The notes beneath the pieces are model-generated. The model had not been told where the DNA came from. It saw nothing but the letters and a program-made list of their open reading frames with translations, and did no database searches. Position numbers and translations under genes: made by a program. Shown here piece by piece: positions 11,620 through 23,758 of a stretch of DNA of 64,000 nucleotides. The first letter of the stretch is position 1. Each line of letters begins with the position of its first letter. Origin of the DNA: Eukaryota sp. TZLM1-RC (lineage: Eukaryota; Protista; Metamonada: BaSk clade); the NCBI GenBank assembly GCA_040285825.1, contig JAUPSS010000001.1, forward strand, positions 620,001-684,000, written 5' to 3'.

Positions 11620-12420
11620 TTAAAACTCTTCCAACACAACACCTAAACAAAACATAATTCCGTGAACCATTTTTGGTATAATGGGGTTAATTGGTGTTAC
11701 TGTCAAATCTGATGGGAATATTTGTTCTTTAGCTGCAACATAACGTCCTGCGCGTTCTTGATAACCATATGAACGTTTGTGTTTCTTTGAGTGTACCTTA
11801 TATCCAATTCCAGCATCAATTGACATGTATGATCGTAAAGCATAACTAGCACCAGCTGCAGGGAATTTTGTCTTTTCCATTGAACCCAATGCTAATCCAC
11901 CCTCAGCTGCTCTACCACCTCTAACAGCATTTTGATTTGATAATTTCATTGTTGGGTTGCGGGAAAAAATCTTTTTAGCGCAGAAATGTAATTGTAAAGT
12001 GTATGGAACTGCAAATATTGTAATTAAATTTTCAATTTCATCACTATGTTTATCAACAAATTTCTGTTGTTTAAAGTGGTGTGGTATTTTTTGAACCAAT
12101 CCATAAACTTCATCCTTCTCTAACGATTCACCATGAAGTCCCAGATGTCTCTCCAAAAATCCAGATGTTACATAACCCCATGTTTCACGTTTATTCATTG
12201 CAATTAGATTAACAATGATATGTGGTGCATAACCGGATTCAGCTAGTGGGAAATCATATGGATGATGTATTGCCGCAATAACAGATTTCTGAGCAGCTGA
12301 TGCAAATTTATCTCCAACTGTTGGGTGTCTAATTGTGTGGAGAATGATTTCTTTTCGTTGATTACCAATTGTTCTTTTCTTTCCAATTATTGAACCAATT
12401 CGATAATCAGTTCCATCCAT
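11620..12420 (-). CDS. rpb2: Divergent RNA polymerase second-largest subunit (RPB2) C-terminal part
   Basis: PTVGDKFASAAQKS, PHIIVN, LHFCAKKIFSR and GGRAAEGGLALGSME parallel GDKFASRHGQKG, PDIIIN, LKHMVDDKIHAR and GRSRDGGLRFGEME. Confidence 0.85.
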   Translation of the reverse strand: MDGTDYRIGSIIGKKRTIGNQRKEIILHTIRHPTVGDKFASAAQKSVIAAIHHPYDFPLAESGYAPHIIVNLIAMNKRETWGYVTSGFLERHLGLHGESLEKDEVYGLVQKIPHHFKQQKFVDKHSDEIENLITIFAVPYTLQLHFCAKKIFSRNPTMKLSNQNAVRGGRAAEGGLALGSMEKTKFPAAGASYALRSYMSIDAGIGYKVHSKKHKRSYGYQERAGRYVAAKEQIFPSDLTVTPINPIIPKMVHGIMFCLGVVLEEF

Positions 12421-12503
12421 TGTGTATGCATTAAATTTAATATGTCGTATATCACCTGTGATAGAATATTGTTCATGTTAAGCAGCAAAAAAATGTTGAA
12501 AAA

Positions 12504-12896
12504 ATGTTACAAGCACACATCTATTTTAAATTAATGCAAGAATTAATTCAAGGAATTGAGGTTTTTGAGGAATCTTTTTCTGAATTAAAAAATGAAGTAA
12601 AGGGTAGTCCTGTATTTTCACTAGAATTAGATGGGTTGAAACATCAAATGAATTTTGATTATATAAAAGTTGCTGATAAATGTTATACCGAACTGAGATT
12701 AAATCTCTCTCGTATTAAAAATGCACATAATTGTTCAAAATATATTAATAAAAAGGATATTGTTAGAAAGAAATGCCCACAGTGTTCAAAAGTTTCATTA
12801 ATTGAACAGTATGAAACAACTAGAACTGGTGATGAAAGCGAAACAACAATTTTATATTGTGAAGAATGTGAATATTATACACGTATTTATAATTAG
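12504..12896 (+). CDS. TFIIS-like transcription factor / RNAP subunit with C-terminal Zn ribbon
   Basis: CPQC...TTRTGDESETTILYCEEC matches the TFIIS QTRSADE zinc ribbon. Confidence 0.85.
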   Translation: MLQAHIYFKLMQELIQGIEVFEESFSELKNEVKGSPVFSLELDGLKHQMNFDYIKVADKCYTELRLNLSRIKNAHNCSKYINKKDIVRKKCPQCSKVSLIEQYETTRTGDESETTILYCEECEYYTRIYN

Positions 12897-13012
12897 AAAA
12901 TTGATTTTTTTTAAAATGAATCTCCAATACGCTATTGGTTATACGATTGTTTTAACTTACTTTTTAATTGTATACTTTTTATTTATGGAGGAAAACCACA
13001 ATGAGAAGAAGA

Positions 13013-13741
13013 TCAACGTTTAATTTTAATCTCGTAATTGTTATCACTCAACACTAGTACATTTTCTGTTCCAATATAGAAATTTGCATTTTCTGTGAAA
13101 TAAACATCTTTTTCAAATTTCAGTGTTTTGAATTGATTAACTCGATCTAAATTTTCCAGTGATGTTCTAGCAACCTCTAAATATTCACCCAAATCAAACA
13201 TTGGTTCTTGATATGATGTCAAGACACGTCTTGTATTTTTTGGTATTTTAGCACAAACAACAACAATATAATTCCAAGGTCTAGGTCTGTAAAAAAAGTC
13301 AAATGAGTGTGAGTTACCAAATACTCTGTGATTTAATATTCGAATAATGTTTCCCAAATATGTTTGATTGTTAATATTCACAACATCTTCTTTTTCTCTA
13401 ATACCATCAGTTATTCCTCGATTTGTTTTTACTTGATATATGTTTTTCATTTCATTCGTTGTTATTTCTGACAATTTAACATCAGTTGGATCGTGGTATT
13501 CATTGAATGCAAATGTTATTGTGTATTCTTGCATATGTTCACCCGTGCGTCTAATTGAACAGGAACCATCATCACCAAGAACTTGATTGAAATATTTCAT
13601 TAAATTATTATGAATTTGGGTATGACCTTCTGGAAAATATGGTGCATCAATTTCATATTCTTTTGTTGTTGTGGTTATACTTATTTTACTACCATACGAA
13701 AACAATAATGGATAATGTCCAGTAATTGAAACTACATACAT
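13013..13741 (-). CDS. Hypothetical viral protein (242 aa, probably beta-rich)
   Basis: Intact ATG ORF within the viral block; no certain motif. Confidence 0.55.
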   Translation of the reverse strand: MYVVSITGHYPLLFSYGSKISITTTTKEYEIDAPYFPEGHTQIHNNLMKYFNQVLGDDGSCSIRRTGEHMQEYTITFAFNEYHDPTDVKLSEITTNEMKNIYQVKTNRGITDGIREKEDVVNINNQTYLGNIIRILNHRVFGNSHSFDFFYRPRPWNYIVVVCAKIPKNTRRVLTSYQEPMFDLGEYLEVARTSLENLDRVNQFKTLKFEKDVYFTENANFYIGTENVLVLSDNNYEIKIKR

Positions 13742-13780
13742 TTTTCAATTAAAAAAACCCATTGATATTCCTAACGCTAT

Positions 13781-14755
13781 TGGTAAGTTAGACTCAACTG
13801 GAATAGTAAGAGCGTTAACACCATCTTTACCGCTGAAATCGCCTGTCAACCTCGGTTTTCGATCATCAGGGTATATTACTAATACAATAGGGGAACTGAA
13901 TTTATAGTTCGATTCAATTGCATAGCCCATTTCGATTAATTCGTCAAAAATTTGGTTAGCTATTTGTAATTTCTTTGGGTTGAGACCCCTTGCTGGATTA
14001 TGTACAACAGCGTTAGTATTATAAAAGGGGATTGACATGGGTGGACAATCGATGCCTTCTTTATTGGGCGTTTCGCTGAATACGTCCTTCGATTGAGCTA
14101 ATATATCAGACAAACTCTTATTATACTCACTATCATCTTATTTAATCTCACATCCAGATCCATCTAATTGCTGGGTAAAATCTTCTTCACTGCTGGGAAT
14201 AGATTCTACATGACCGATTTGGTGAGTTTTAATTCTGTTATCAAATTCGGTTTCAGCATTTAGTAAAGTGCGGCGCTCTTCGTCTAGTACAATTACTAAA
14301 CGGTCAGATGTCAATAACCCAAGTTGTTGTAACATGTCTAGCCCAATTAAAAATTTGTTTGAACCCGGGATTATCGGGAGAGTATGATTTATTGAAACTT
14401 GGTTCGCGATGCTACCAACATTGAACGTCAAAATGCCTTGTGCACTTCCAAGCGAATTGGTCGATACGTTACTAGCAGGGATGAATTGTGTGATGTCGTT
14501 TTCATTGACGGACATTGAACACAGATTTGCTAGGTCTAGGGAAATGACAGAACAATATGCAGCTGTATCTATCATGCCTTTTATGACTGTACTGTTAATT
14601 CTTACCTGAAGTTCTAAAAACTGAGGCTGCTGGGATCTGTTGTGGTTTATACAAGGAGCAGTGTTACCTGTTTGGTTGCATAAATCTCTTTCTGTATTAT
14701 TTATTTCATTAATCTGATTATTTATGTTGCTATTTCCATTGTTCAAGAAAGAGAG
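13781..14755 (-). mobile_element. Ty3/Gypsy pol, 5' part: aspartic protease and RT N-terminus
   Basis: MIDTAA and FLIGLDML (protease); FSSPIVLV and RLTGDF (RT N-terminus); collinear with 2032-4676. Confidence 0.88.
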
Positions 14756-14756
14756 T

Positions 14757-14960
14757 GAAACAATGAAAGATTTGATATTTTTTATGGCGATCACGGATTC
14801 AATTTGCCATTATTAAAAGATTACCTCGGTTTTTCAATCGAATAAGAGAAGCTTTAGCTGGACAGCAAGCAGATCAAGATTTTGTAGAGGAAATCTTGGT
14901 TCAATGATAGTCGTCCCATTAGTAATGAATTAATTAAATTAAGTGTGCAAATTCAATAAA
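14757..14960 (+). mobile_element. RLE retrotransposon 3' end (family B)
   Basis: Near-identical to 45265-45470 and similar to 30277-30483. Confidence 0.8.
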
Positions 14961-15044
14961 TACATATATTCAATCTTCGATTTTCACTTTTCGTTCAGGT
15001 TCAGGTGTTGACGAAAGATCATATCTCAACTACACCTTGGAACC

Positions 15045-18000
15045 ATGGTTAAGCCCGTACTTTCGTCACTTCTACTACCTGCTACCTTGTTCGTTTGTCT
15101 TTTATCTAGACAATCTTATTTCATATTTGCTTTTGTTCCTTCGCTTTTTCTTGCTATTAAGCTTCCGAATCAAAAATGGCCCCCGCTGCTCTCTTTTGCA
15201 TTATCCTTTCTTGGTTTAGTCGCTTCTGCAGTAACCATTCCATTTGACCTCCCCCTTCTTCAGTCTTTATATATAGGTACTTGTTCTGATTCACTATGTA
15301 TACCACCATTTGCGTACTATGGTTCACTTGTTTTCTTGTTATTCATCTATCTTCGACTGCAACCTTCTTCATGCACGCTCTCCTCACATGTCCCTCTCCT
15401 GTCCAATGTTTATCTCAAAACCATTCTCATCCTACTTTCCTTCTCTTTCGTCCCCACACCCACCTACTTCGTCTTCTTCACCCTCATATCGCTTGTTTTG
15501 TCATCTCCAACTTCTCCTCTCCTCTCCCACAACCTCTACCATAAGATCTTCTCCATTTGTTCATTTTCCCACCTTTACTACATTCTTCTCTCCTCTGCTC
15601 TCTCCCTTCCTTACTTTCATGATCCATCTACTCTCCTTCCACTTCCTGTGTCTTTCTTCTCCACACTACACATTCTTACCCTAATTCTCTCCATTTATCT
15701 TCACTCATCCCCTTACTTTTTCTCTCCACATCACCGTATTCCCCAAGCAGATAGTGTTGAACCTAGTCTAATCTCTCTTTCTTTTGTTCCTGACACAACT
15801 GCTTCTATTAGTGTAGCATCTGTAATTTCTTTTTTCTCATGTGGATTAGTATTAATTGCTACCTTCTTTTACCCTTCACCTTGGCTGATTCCGTTGCTGA
15901 TATATGGAATGATTCTGATTATTTTTAAATTAAGAACTTGTGGTTTCAAACGAGGTTATAGAGTTTTATTATTTTCTATTATTTCAATTAATTTAACATT
16001 TATTTCTTTTTCTAAACAACCAAGAGCTGTGACGTTACTTTCAGCAGCTTTCTTTCTATTTTTGAACCCTTTTGGTCTATTGGTGACGTTTTCGCCACGT
16101 CAGCATAGGTACTTTTTGAAATTTTTGAGAATTATTTACACAATTGACCACTCTATTATTGTTTTTACTGCTTCTTTATTAATCACCTTAAATTTACCTT
16201 CAATTCCATTTATTTTACTATTCTTATTATCAGTTCATTATATTCTTCATCCTTTATCATCAAATAAAAAAATTACAAATTTGGTGTTATTTATTTCTTT
16301 TGGTTTTGTTTTACTATTTTATTCCACTTTCTCTTCCTTTATTTCCTCAATCTGTGATTCCCAATTCGCAATTGTGTTGGGCGTTTGTAAGACCCAATCT
16401 TATTATTATTCAGTTATTATCTTTATTTTAATTTCTTCTTTATCTCATTTAAATTATTTACTTAGAAGAATAGATGGTGAAAGTAGAACCTCTTTGTCTT
16501 TTCAATCTCCTTTATTCTTAAAATTCAAATCAGTAATTGGAGTTTGCTTTATCAGCATATACTTGTTATTTAGAGTTTGTTTATTGGAAATTGTTATATT
16601 AGCAATCTTTGTGGTTATTGTTTTACTCCCAATTGTTGGAATTCGAAATTCTTTAATTGACTTTATAGGATTTTCTAGTTTGGTTTTGGTCATTGCTAGT
16701 TTATTTATAATCCAATACACCCCAGTAATGGATTATTTATCCACACTTCTCCCAGCTCATTATGTAGACGTGATATCACGTTATCATTTTGACCTTTTAT
16801 TTGATCGATTTGTTTTTCTTATTTTTCCAGTATTATCTTTTGTTTTTCTTAAGGGAATTGACTTTAATCAGCGCTTCATTTCCCTTTCAAGACCTTCAAT
16901 TATCAAAAATTTAGTCGTTTTCATTCTAGTAATTTCAACATTCCAACCATATATTTTTAAATCTAATACCGTTAATAATTTGTATTTTTGATTTAACTCT
17001 AATCAAACACACAAACGGAACTAGTAGGAAGCTGCTTTATCTAATAACCTCAATTTTAACAATAACTCGATTAACAATTACTTATTTATCAATAGCATTG
17101 CCTCAAGATTTTATTAAAAGTCCTATATTTAAAAATATTTGCATTACCCTCACTCAACCATTGTGACTCTGTTTTTTTGTCTAGAGCATGCTTTAATTTT
17201 ATTACCTTTGGTTATTCAATTAATCATTTCTACCTCCTTCATCAAATCACCTTCCCCATCAATCACGTCGCCTGTGATTGCTTTATTTACATCGCAATTC
17301 CAACTACTTGGCCCAGCTTTCATGCATACAGTGGCAGTAGTGTTTGCTTGGGTATCTATTCTATCTATAAGAGATCCTTTTTCTATTATTCTAGGAGCTT
17401 CCTGTTTAGGCTTTCTTAGTTCTCATCATTGGAGACATCGGAAAAAACTTGTTTGGTTGGTTCTGTTGGGGTTAGTGTTTGGGGTTGTTTCCAAAATTTT
17501 GTTGTCTTCTTTATGTGATCTCTATCCTGATCTCCATTCTTCATGGCCAAAATTTTACGAATTTTTCGGAGTGTCTTGCACATCCAACTCTTTTCCTTTT
17601 TCACTTCAGTTTCCCCATTTTAGCCATATTTTGCCTCTATAGGTCCATGGCCAATCCCCTTGACTTGAGCTTATACTGCCCCGAAACTGAAGATGAAGTT
17701 TCTCCCATCGCTTTTAAAATTGAAAAGTTTTTGTTACCGCTTTTAAGACCTTGTCTAATTATTTTATTGTTCTTTATCGGTGTTCAACGTGCATCTGTTC
17801 CTGCTTTGCTTTACGTAATTGTAGCACTTTGGTTGGTGTATTCGGACTCTGTTTTTACTGAGCTGAAAAGGGCAAAAACTTTCACGTTTTGTTTGTATGT
17901 TTTAAACTGCTCTGTTTTGATTTCACAATCAATATTTCAGTTGAGCTTTTTCAGTGAATCTTCTGATCTCTTCTCGATCTCTTCTATTCTAGGTCTAGAT

Positions 18001-20754
18001 CAATACCATTCTTACTACTCGGCGCTCAAATTATCAGCTTCACTATTGGATTTCATTGTCCACGGCATCTCTTCTTCTTTGGATGTATTGGTTTACTCTG
18101 CTTCCTTTAAAAGATATCTTTCTTCAGTTAAAACCAGCAGAGATTTGGCCATCCAACGAGTCTTGGATGATGAAAAGTTAAGTAAGCTTAGGCGGGAAAG
18201 GATTTTAAAGCAACAGTTAACAGAGAAGGAAGCTACTGAAAGCAGATTGGAAATGTTAAAGTCCAAAAGACTTGGTAAAAGAGATACATCAGCTCGTCAA
18301 ATATTTGAAGAAGAGATCAAAGCACATCAGGACGTTTTAAGTGACCTGGCAAGTAGTGCAGAAGAGATCAAAAAGGATCATGATGACCTGTCAGGTCAAG
18401 AGAAGTCAAGTGACGTTGACGTATCTACTGATCAGAAACTTGATGAAGAGGTCACACCAGATCAAGATGACACGTCTGAGCCTCAACCATCATTTTTACT
18501 TCGAATGGCAACCAAACTTCAGTCAATCATTTTGAACTTTTTCAATATCAACATTTCTGACCTACCACCACGTCATCAAACGTCACCATTACGTTGGTTA
18601 AAGCACAATATCTATAGATACTCTTCTGTATTGTCTTGCTTGCTGTGCTATCTCGCTGCTTTGTGGTTTCCTTCAATTCCCACCGTGATGATTGCTTTCA
18701 CTACAATCACTTTTGGTTTAATGTCCAAATATGGAGGCAAAGCTAGGTTTTGGCAGTTTATTTTGGGAATTTATCTATCTTTATTATTAATCCATTACAT
18801 TTTCACCTTTCCTTTCTTTTGTTTTTGCGTTTCGCCATCAGATTCAATTACCATTTCCTTTGGTAAGTCATGTCTAGATCCCACCAAGTGTCCTGTTCCA
18901 AGGGAGCTTATCGATCCATCAAGTCACCCCTCAGCCCTCAGTTCGCAACTCATTTACCTTGTTGGTATTGCTCCTATAGGCAGCTTCCTCTTCTCCTACC
19001 CTCCCTTGCTGATTGCTGCATTGGGTATCGTTCTTCATCGTTCTATCTCGTTTAGAATGGGCAGGTGGGGAATTGATGTAGAGGAGAGAGTTGGGGTTCG
19101 TCAAGTTTGGGGTAGGGTCGTGGTCTTCTTCAAGACTCTAATGGAGAAGCGTTTCGACGCTATTGGAGTAGACCTCTACCCATTTATGTTTTTTATTGAT
19201 ATACTTCAGTTAATTGCGCTTCCATTTGCCTTTTTTAGTAGCTCAACAGCTTCCCAGTCGGTAATCCAATCAGTCCAGCTCAGTTATTTACCTGGTTTCC
19301 TTGCAATTTGGTTGATTGTTCAGTTTCTGTTAATCATTATTGATAGAACTCTTTTCTATTTGAGATTCGCAAGACTCAAAGCTCTGGTTCATTTTATTTC
19401 AAATTTCACTGTGTTAATTGTTTTTTGTTTAATTTTCCCCCGTAGTAATCACGAATTACCAATTAATGCACCTTTTCTCCTAGTCGCGGCCTTTCTGCGG
19501 TTTGTGGCTGCCGTGTTGAGCTCTCTACAACTTCGTTTTGGTTTTCCGCCACCTTCCTCCAAAGCCTTTTTGATGAAGTCTTACGGTTCTTTTAATAATT
19601 ATGGATACCAAGCCTTTAGAGTCATTCCTTTTCTTTATGAAATGAAATGTTTGTTGGATTGGTCTTTGACTACTACTGCTTTGGAATTTAATTACTGGAT
19701 GCGAATAGAAGATATTTATTCATCGTTATTCTTAATCAAATGCAGAAGGTTATCTACAGCGAAAAGGGGTCGAAATTTTGGCGACCCACAACCAAAATTT
19801 GACAAATTTTCGCAAGGATTTCTTTTGTTTTTCGGTCTTACGCTATTATTATGTTTGCCTTTAATTTTATTTAGTTCTGCTAACCCAGTCTCCAAACCAA
19901 ACCCTATCCAACAGGCCAGTATTGATGTAAGTTTCAATAACTACTTGCCCATTTTCTCTCAGCATGAAGTGCACAAAGTCGATGTTATCCCGGCTACACA
20001 ATACAATGCAATTGTTAGCCATCACTCCTTGCTCCGCGATTCTAACCGTGCAGATGTAAGAAAGATTACCTTTTTCACTTCATCTGATTCTGTGTGGACC
20101 ATTGCTCCTCCTGCCATGAACGGGCTAGTAGAAGCTTTGGAGGATGGAAGGGGAATAGTATCTGTTACTTTGTCGTTTAACAGACACTATCCAAGCGATA
20201 GGAGGACAGCAAAGGGATGGTACTCGTTCAATTTAGATCATGAACATTGTTTAGAGTTGGCCATGTTATTTTCTGGTGATTTAGAAGAAGTAATAATACC
20301 TTTACTTCCAAGAGCTGCATTAATTCCTCTGGCCGAATCACCAATCTTTTCTGATCAACGTGAGGATACTCTCATTCAGCGCAGAGAACGTGACGGACAG
20401 ACTTATTGGTTGATCAAGGATGCTGATTCAAGAGAACCATTCTATATGTATACTTATAGTTTAGAATCGACCGCTGCACTTGGTGCTTATGCCAGCGGGG
20501 GTTTGATTGGATTGTATCTATCAATTGTGATTGGTGTTGGTAGGTTTGTTCGACTTTCATTTTCGGACAGCAAATCCCAAATTTTTGTTTCGGCTCTCCC
20601 AAATGTGGATAAATTACTTGAAATCTGTGAGGATTTGTTCCTGGCCAGGAGTATCTCAGATTTGGTGCTTGAAGAATCAATTTACAAGGAAATCATTCAG
20701 ATATATAGAGATCCAGATACTTTGATTGAATTAACCACACCACCAGTTAAATAG
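15045..20754 (+). CDS. PIEZO: Piezo-family mechanosensitive channel, copy 1 (~1900 aa after correcting four +1 homopolymer indels)
   Basis: Many TM helices, beam coiled coil and the PFLYEMKCLLDW...WMRIEDIY Piezo signature. Indels near 16955, 17135, 17175 and 17593 are absent from copy 2. Confidence 0.92.
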
Positions 20755-21071
20755 TTATTGGTGATAGGTAGTTAATTTAAATAGTGTTTTCGTGCTATAT
20801 CTTTTGAATAAATAAAGCAGTATCTTTTTTGAGCTACTGTCTCGTTATCCGCTACGTTAACTCCAATAATCAATTTCAACAAAATGGTTTTAAAACAAGC
20901 TTTTCATGGGATGGATGCTCTTTAATTGAGCGACTTTTGAGCGTTAAACAAAGCATTTTCCTGCTGTATTTGGAATGGTAGCATCCGATACAAGACGTGA
21001 TGTGAAGTTATGTCAAATACTACAATGTTGTGAATTTCCAGATGATAGAAGAAAAAATGGCTACCAAAAAC

Positions 21072-22013
21072 TTTTTTTTAAAATAGGATAAATTTATTTT
21101 CAACGCTAACAAAACATTAAACAAAAAACTAGAACTCAATATACTCAATACACGCATCAACATCATCAAATCTTTTAAGCGCGCGATTTTCATACTCTAT
21201 TCCTAATTGTAACAGTGCTTTGGTCAACATTTCTGGAATTGCTTTAAGAATACTGAAAACAATTCTATTGTGCCAGAAATTGAAGTTCAATTCTTTTCCT
21301 GCTCTTTCTTTTATTAAACTTCTGAAACCTTCAAGAAATTTAATGCCAGATATTCCAATGTTACCAAAAAGAGAAACAGCAAATGGAACCAACTGATATT
21401 TAACATGCTCAACACGTCCTAGCTGAGATAAGGGTTCATTGTACTTTTTGATTTTGCTCTTTTCAGCAAAGCAAAGTGGAGTTTCATCTCTTTTAGCAAA
21501 GTCAATTGCTGAGTCTTTACAAACATCAACAGTGACAACATCAACAACTTTAATAACACCATCAGACGCAGGGCTAATTAAATCAGCACGGCGTTTCCCA
21601 AAAGTATTTTCATCTTCATTTTCAGATGACAACCTTCGCACAATTGGTTCAACAAAAGCTTCAATGTGATGGCTTTTGCACATAGCGTATAGTTGGTCTC
21701 TAACAGCATCGTGAACAACTGAGCGATATGTAATATTAAATTTGCAATTAAATAAATGATTCAGATTAATGAGCTGACCACAACGACAAATCAAATCATT
21801 TGGCACACTACATGGCCACAGGAAACACCTCATCCTGAAGGCAGTTGTCCATTGATGATCATTTAATAATAGACGATATACATTTGGAATCTGGGAAATA
21901 AGACAACTTGAGCTACTATCCTTGAGGTCAATTAAAAAGTTTGCAAAAACGGGATTCTTTTCTTTAGCCAAGCTAAGACGAACAGTGAAATCCAAGTTTT
22001 CAAAAACTTTTAA
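21072..22013 (-). mobile_element. 5'-truncated copy of RLE family A
   Basis: Nearly identical to 6057-6991, with an uninterrupted ORF 21129..22028 and an A-tail. Confidence 0.92.
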
Positions 22014-22029
22014 TAGGGATGTATCCAAG

Positions 22030-22720
22030 TGGTCTTTTGGACAATTCTTATTGTATTTGTAACAAAAAAACCTACTGCCAATTTTCGCCCATATTGTGAG
22101 CTGTAAGAAATTTCTCCAATATAGGTCACTTCTTCATAATGCCGTTCGTGATGTGACATATGAGATGTTCAAGTGTTACAATTTTAGTTGCAAAGTAGAA
22201 CCTTTGTTGAAGCATTATAGTGATGATAATCTTTTTAATTCACGTCGAGGTGATTAAATTGCTCCTTTTGTGGGTTCCTCTCAAGTTGTTCTTGATTTCA
22301 CTACAGTTGATCCCTTTGCTTTCGTTTATCGCGATGATGTTTTACTTAATAATAATGGTCATTTAAACAAGGCTGAAGATCGTAAAAGAGATAAATATAC
22401 TGAGATATTAAATGATTAAATAAGAACCTTTATTCGAAGTTTTCGTTTGTTCCTTTTGCCTTTTCGATTTTTGGCAACATTGGACAATCCGCCTTGAATT
22501 TCATCAATGATTTTGGTAATTTATGTCGTTCAAGTGGTAAGAATTTTGCAGAGAATTTATGGAAAAATCGTATCATTTTCGCTTTGTACAGAAGTGTTCC
22601 CAAGTACTTGAGTTTAATGATGTCTAAACTTTATAAGGATTCATCAAGAGTTGGCGTGGAGAATTTAGTTTCTTATGTGTTTTGGTTTGTTTTGTTTTTA
22701 TTTGATTCCTTATATAAATG
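22030..22720 (+). mobile_element. Decayed RLE retrotransposon 3' region (family C)
   Basis: HNAVRD, SRRGD, KRDKY motifs with stops; similar to 36680-37122. Confidence 0.8.
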
Positions 22721-23758
22721 GTTTATATTATATATATTATTATATAAATATTGTTCACTAGTATCTACACAAATTATTATCAACCACGCACATTCAAAAC
22801 AGTGAAGGTTCAGCAATAGGTTATTAACCAGAAAATCTGCTTTCTCAAGAGTCCGAACCTGAATTCAAGGGGATAGGTTTCACTCATAGCAGCGTGAATG
22901 TCTTCAGACTTATCATCGTATCACACTACATTAATGTGAAATTGGTCAAAATCAATCTCTGCAAGGAAGCCATGTTGACTAACCTTACAAGTGTCTTCAA
23001 TTCAGTTTCAATTGGAGTTATTAAGATCAAAAATCTTCTGCTCATAAGACTTTAGAAGTTCATGTATATCAGCAGTAGGTTAGACTGGAGTAGATTAAGA
23101 TTGGAGTGAGTTGATTCGTAGAGAGTGAACAAACGATACCAGAGGTGTAGGGGTGTATATTGATAACTGATGGTAGTACAAGTGAAGACAGGAGGAACAT
23201 CTTCTATGGAAGAAAGATGAGTAGAAAGAGGGTGAAGAGGGCGAAGTAGAGAGACAAGGTAATAATAAGTATTCAGATGTCTAGTTTCAAGACAAGAAGT
23301 GCAGCTGAAAGGGGTGACACAGCAGAAGTTGTTGGCACAGCTTGGGATGGACGATCTGCAATAGACTCGAGTTTAGACTCAAGAATAGCCAGCAGTGCCT
23401 CTACAGACTGTCTTTTGTTAGTCTACTTTATATGTTTTATAGTCAATGTGTGAGCGCACTAAACGAAACCTATAATCGCTATAATAGAAAAGCCAACAGT
23501 TCCACAAAGATCCATGGCGAATTCAGATATAGTTGAACGAGGAGCAAAAGGTTCTTCGTCAAAGAAGGAAAGAAATGGGAAGAAAGAAACGGGTGTTGTG
23601 ACTTCCCTTAGTAACGTGTTTGTACTGAATACGGGAATTAAATTGTGAAACTTTACGAATTTTTTGAATCTACAATCACCCTTGATTAAACGAACAACTG
23701 CTTTGACTAACAACAATTTCATCAAATTTCACATCAAATTACTATTTTAGGAAAGAAA

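Larger units (their letters stand above)
4677..13780. mobile_element. Endogenous large dsDNA virus fragment inserted in the Gypsy RT gene
   Basis: Compact, very AT-rich ORFs with short intergenic gaps and RNA polymerase, TFIIS, dNK and RING-IBR homologs. Gypsy RT sequence stops and resumes at both edges. Confidence 0.8.

Noticed and set aside
16950-17600. Programmed frameshifts or introns in Piezo and RLE-A
   Set aside because: The breaks are single-base homopolymer differences absent from the sister copy, so sequencing error or decay is more likely.
22800-23750. Transposase partner upstream of the Fanzor
   Set aside because: Only short, broken frames with no DDE, HUH or serine-recombinase motif that I could recognise.
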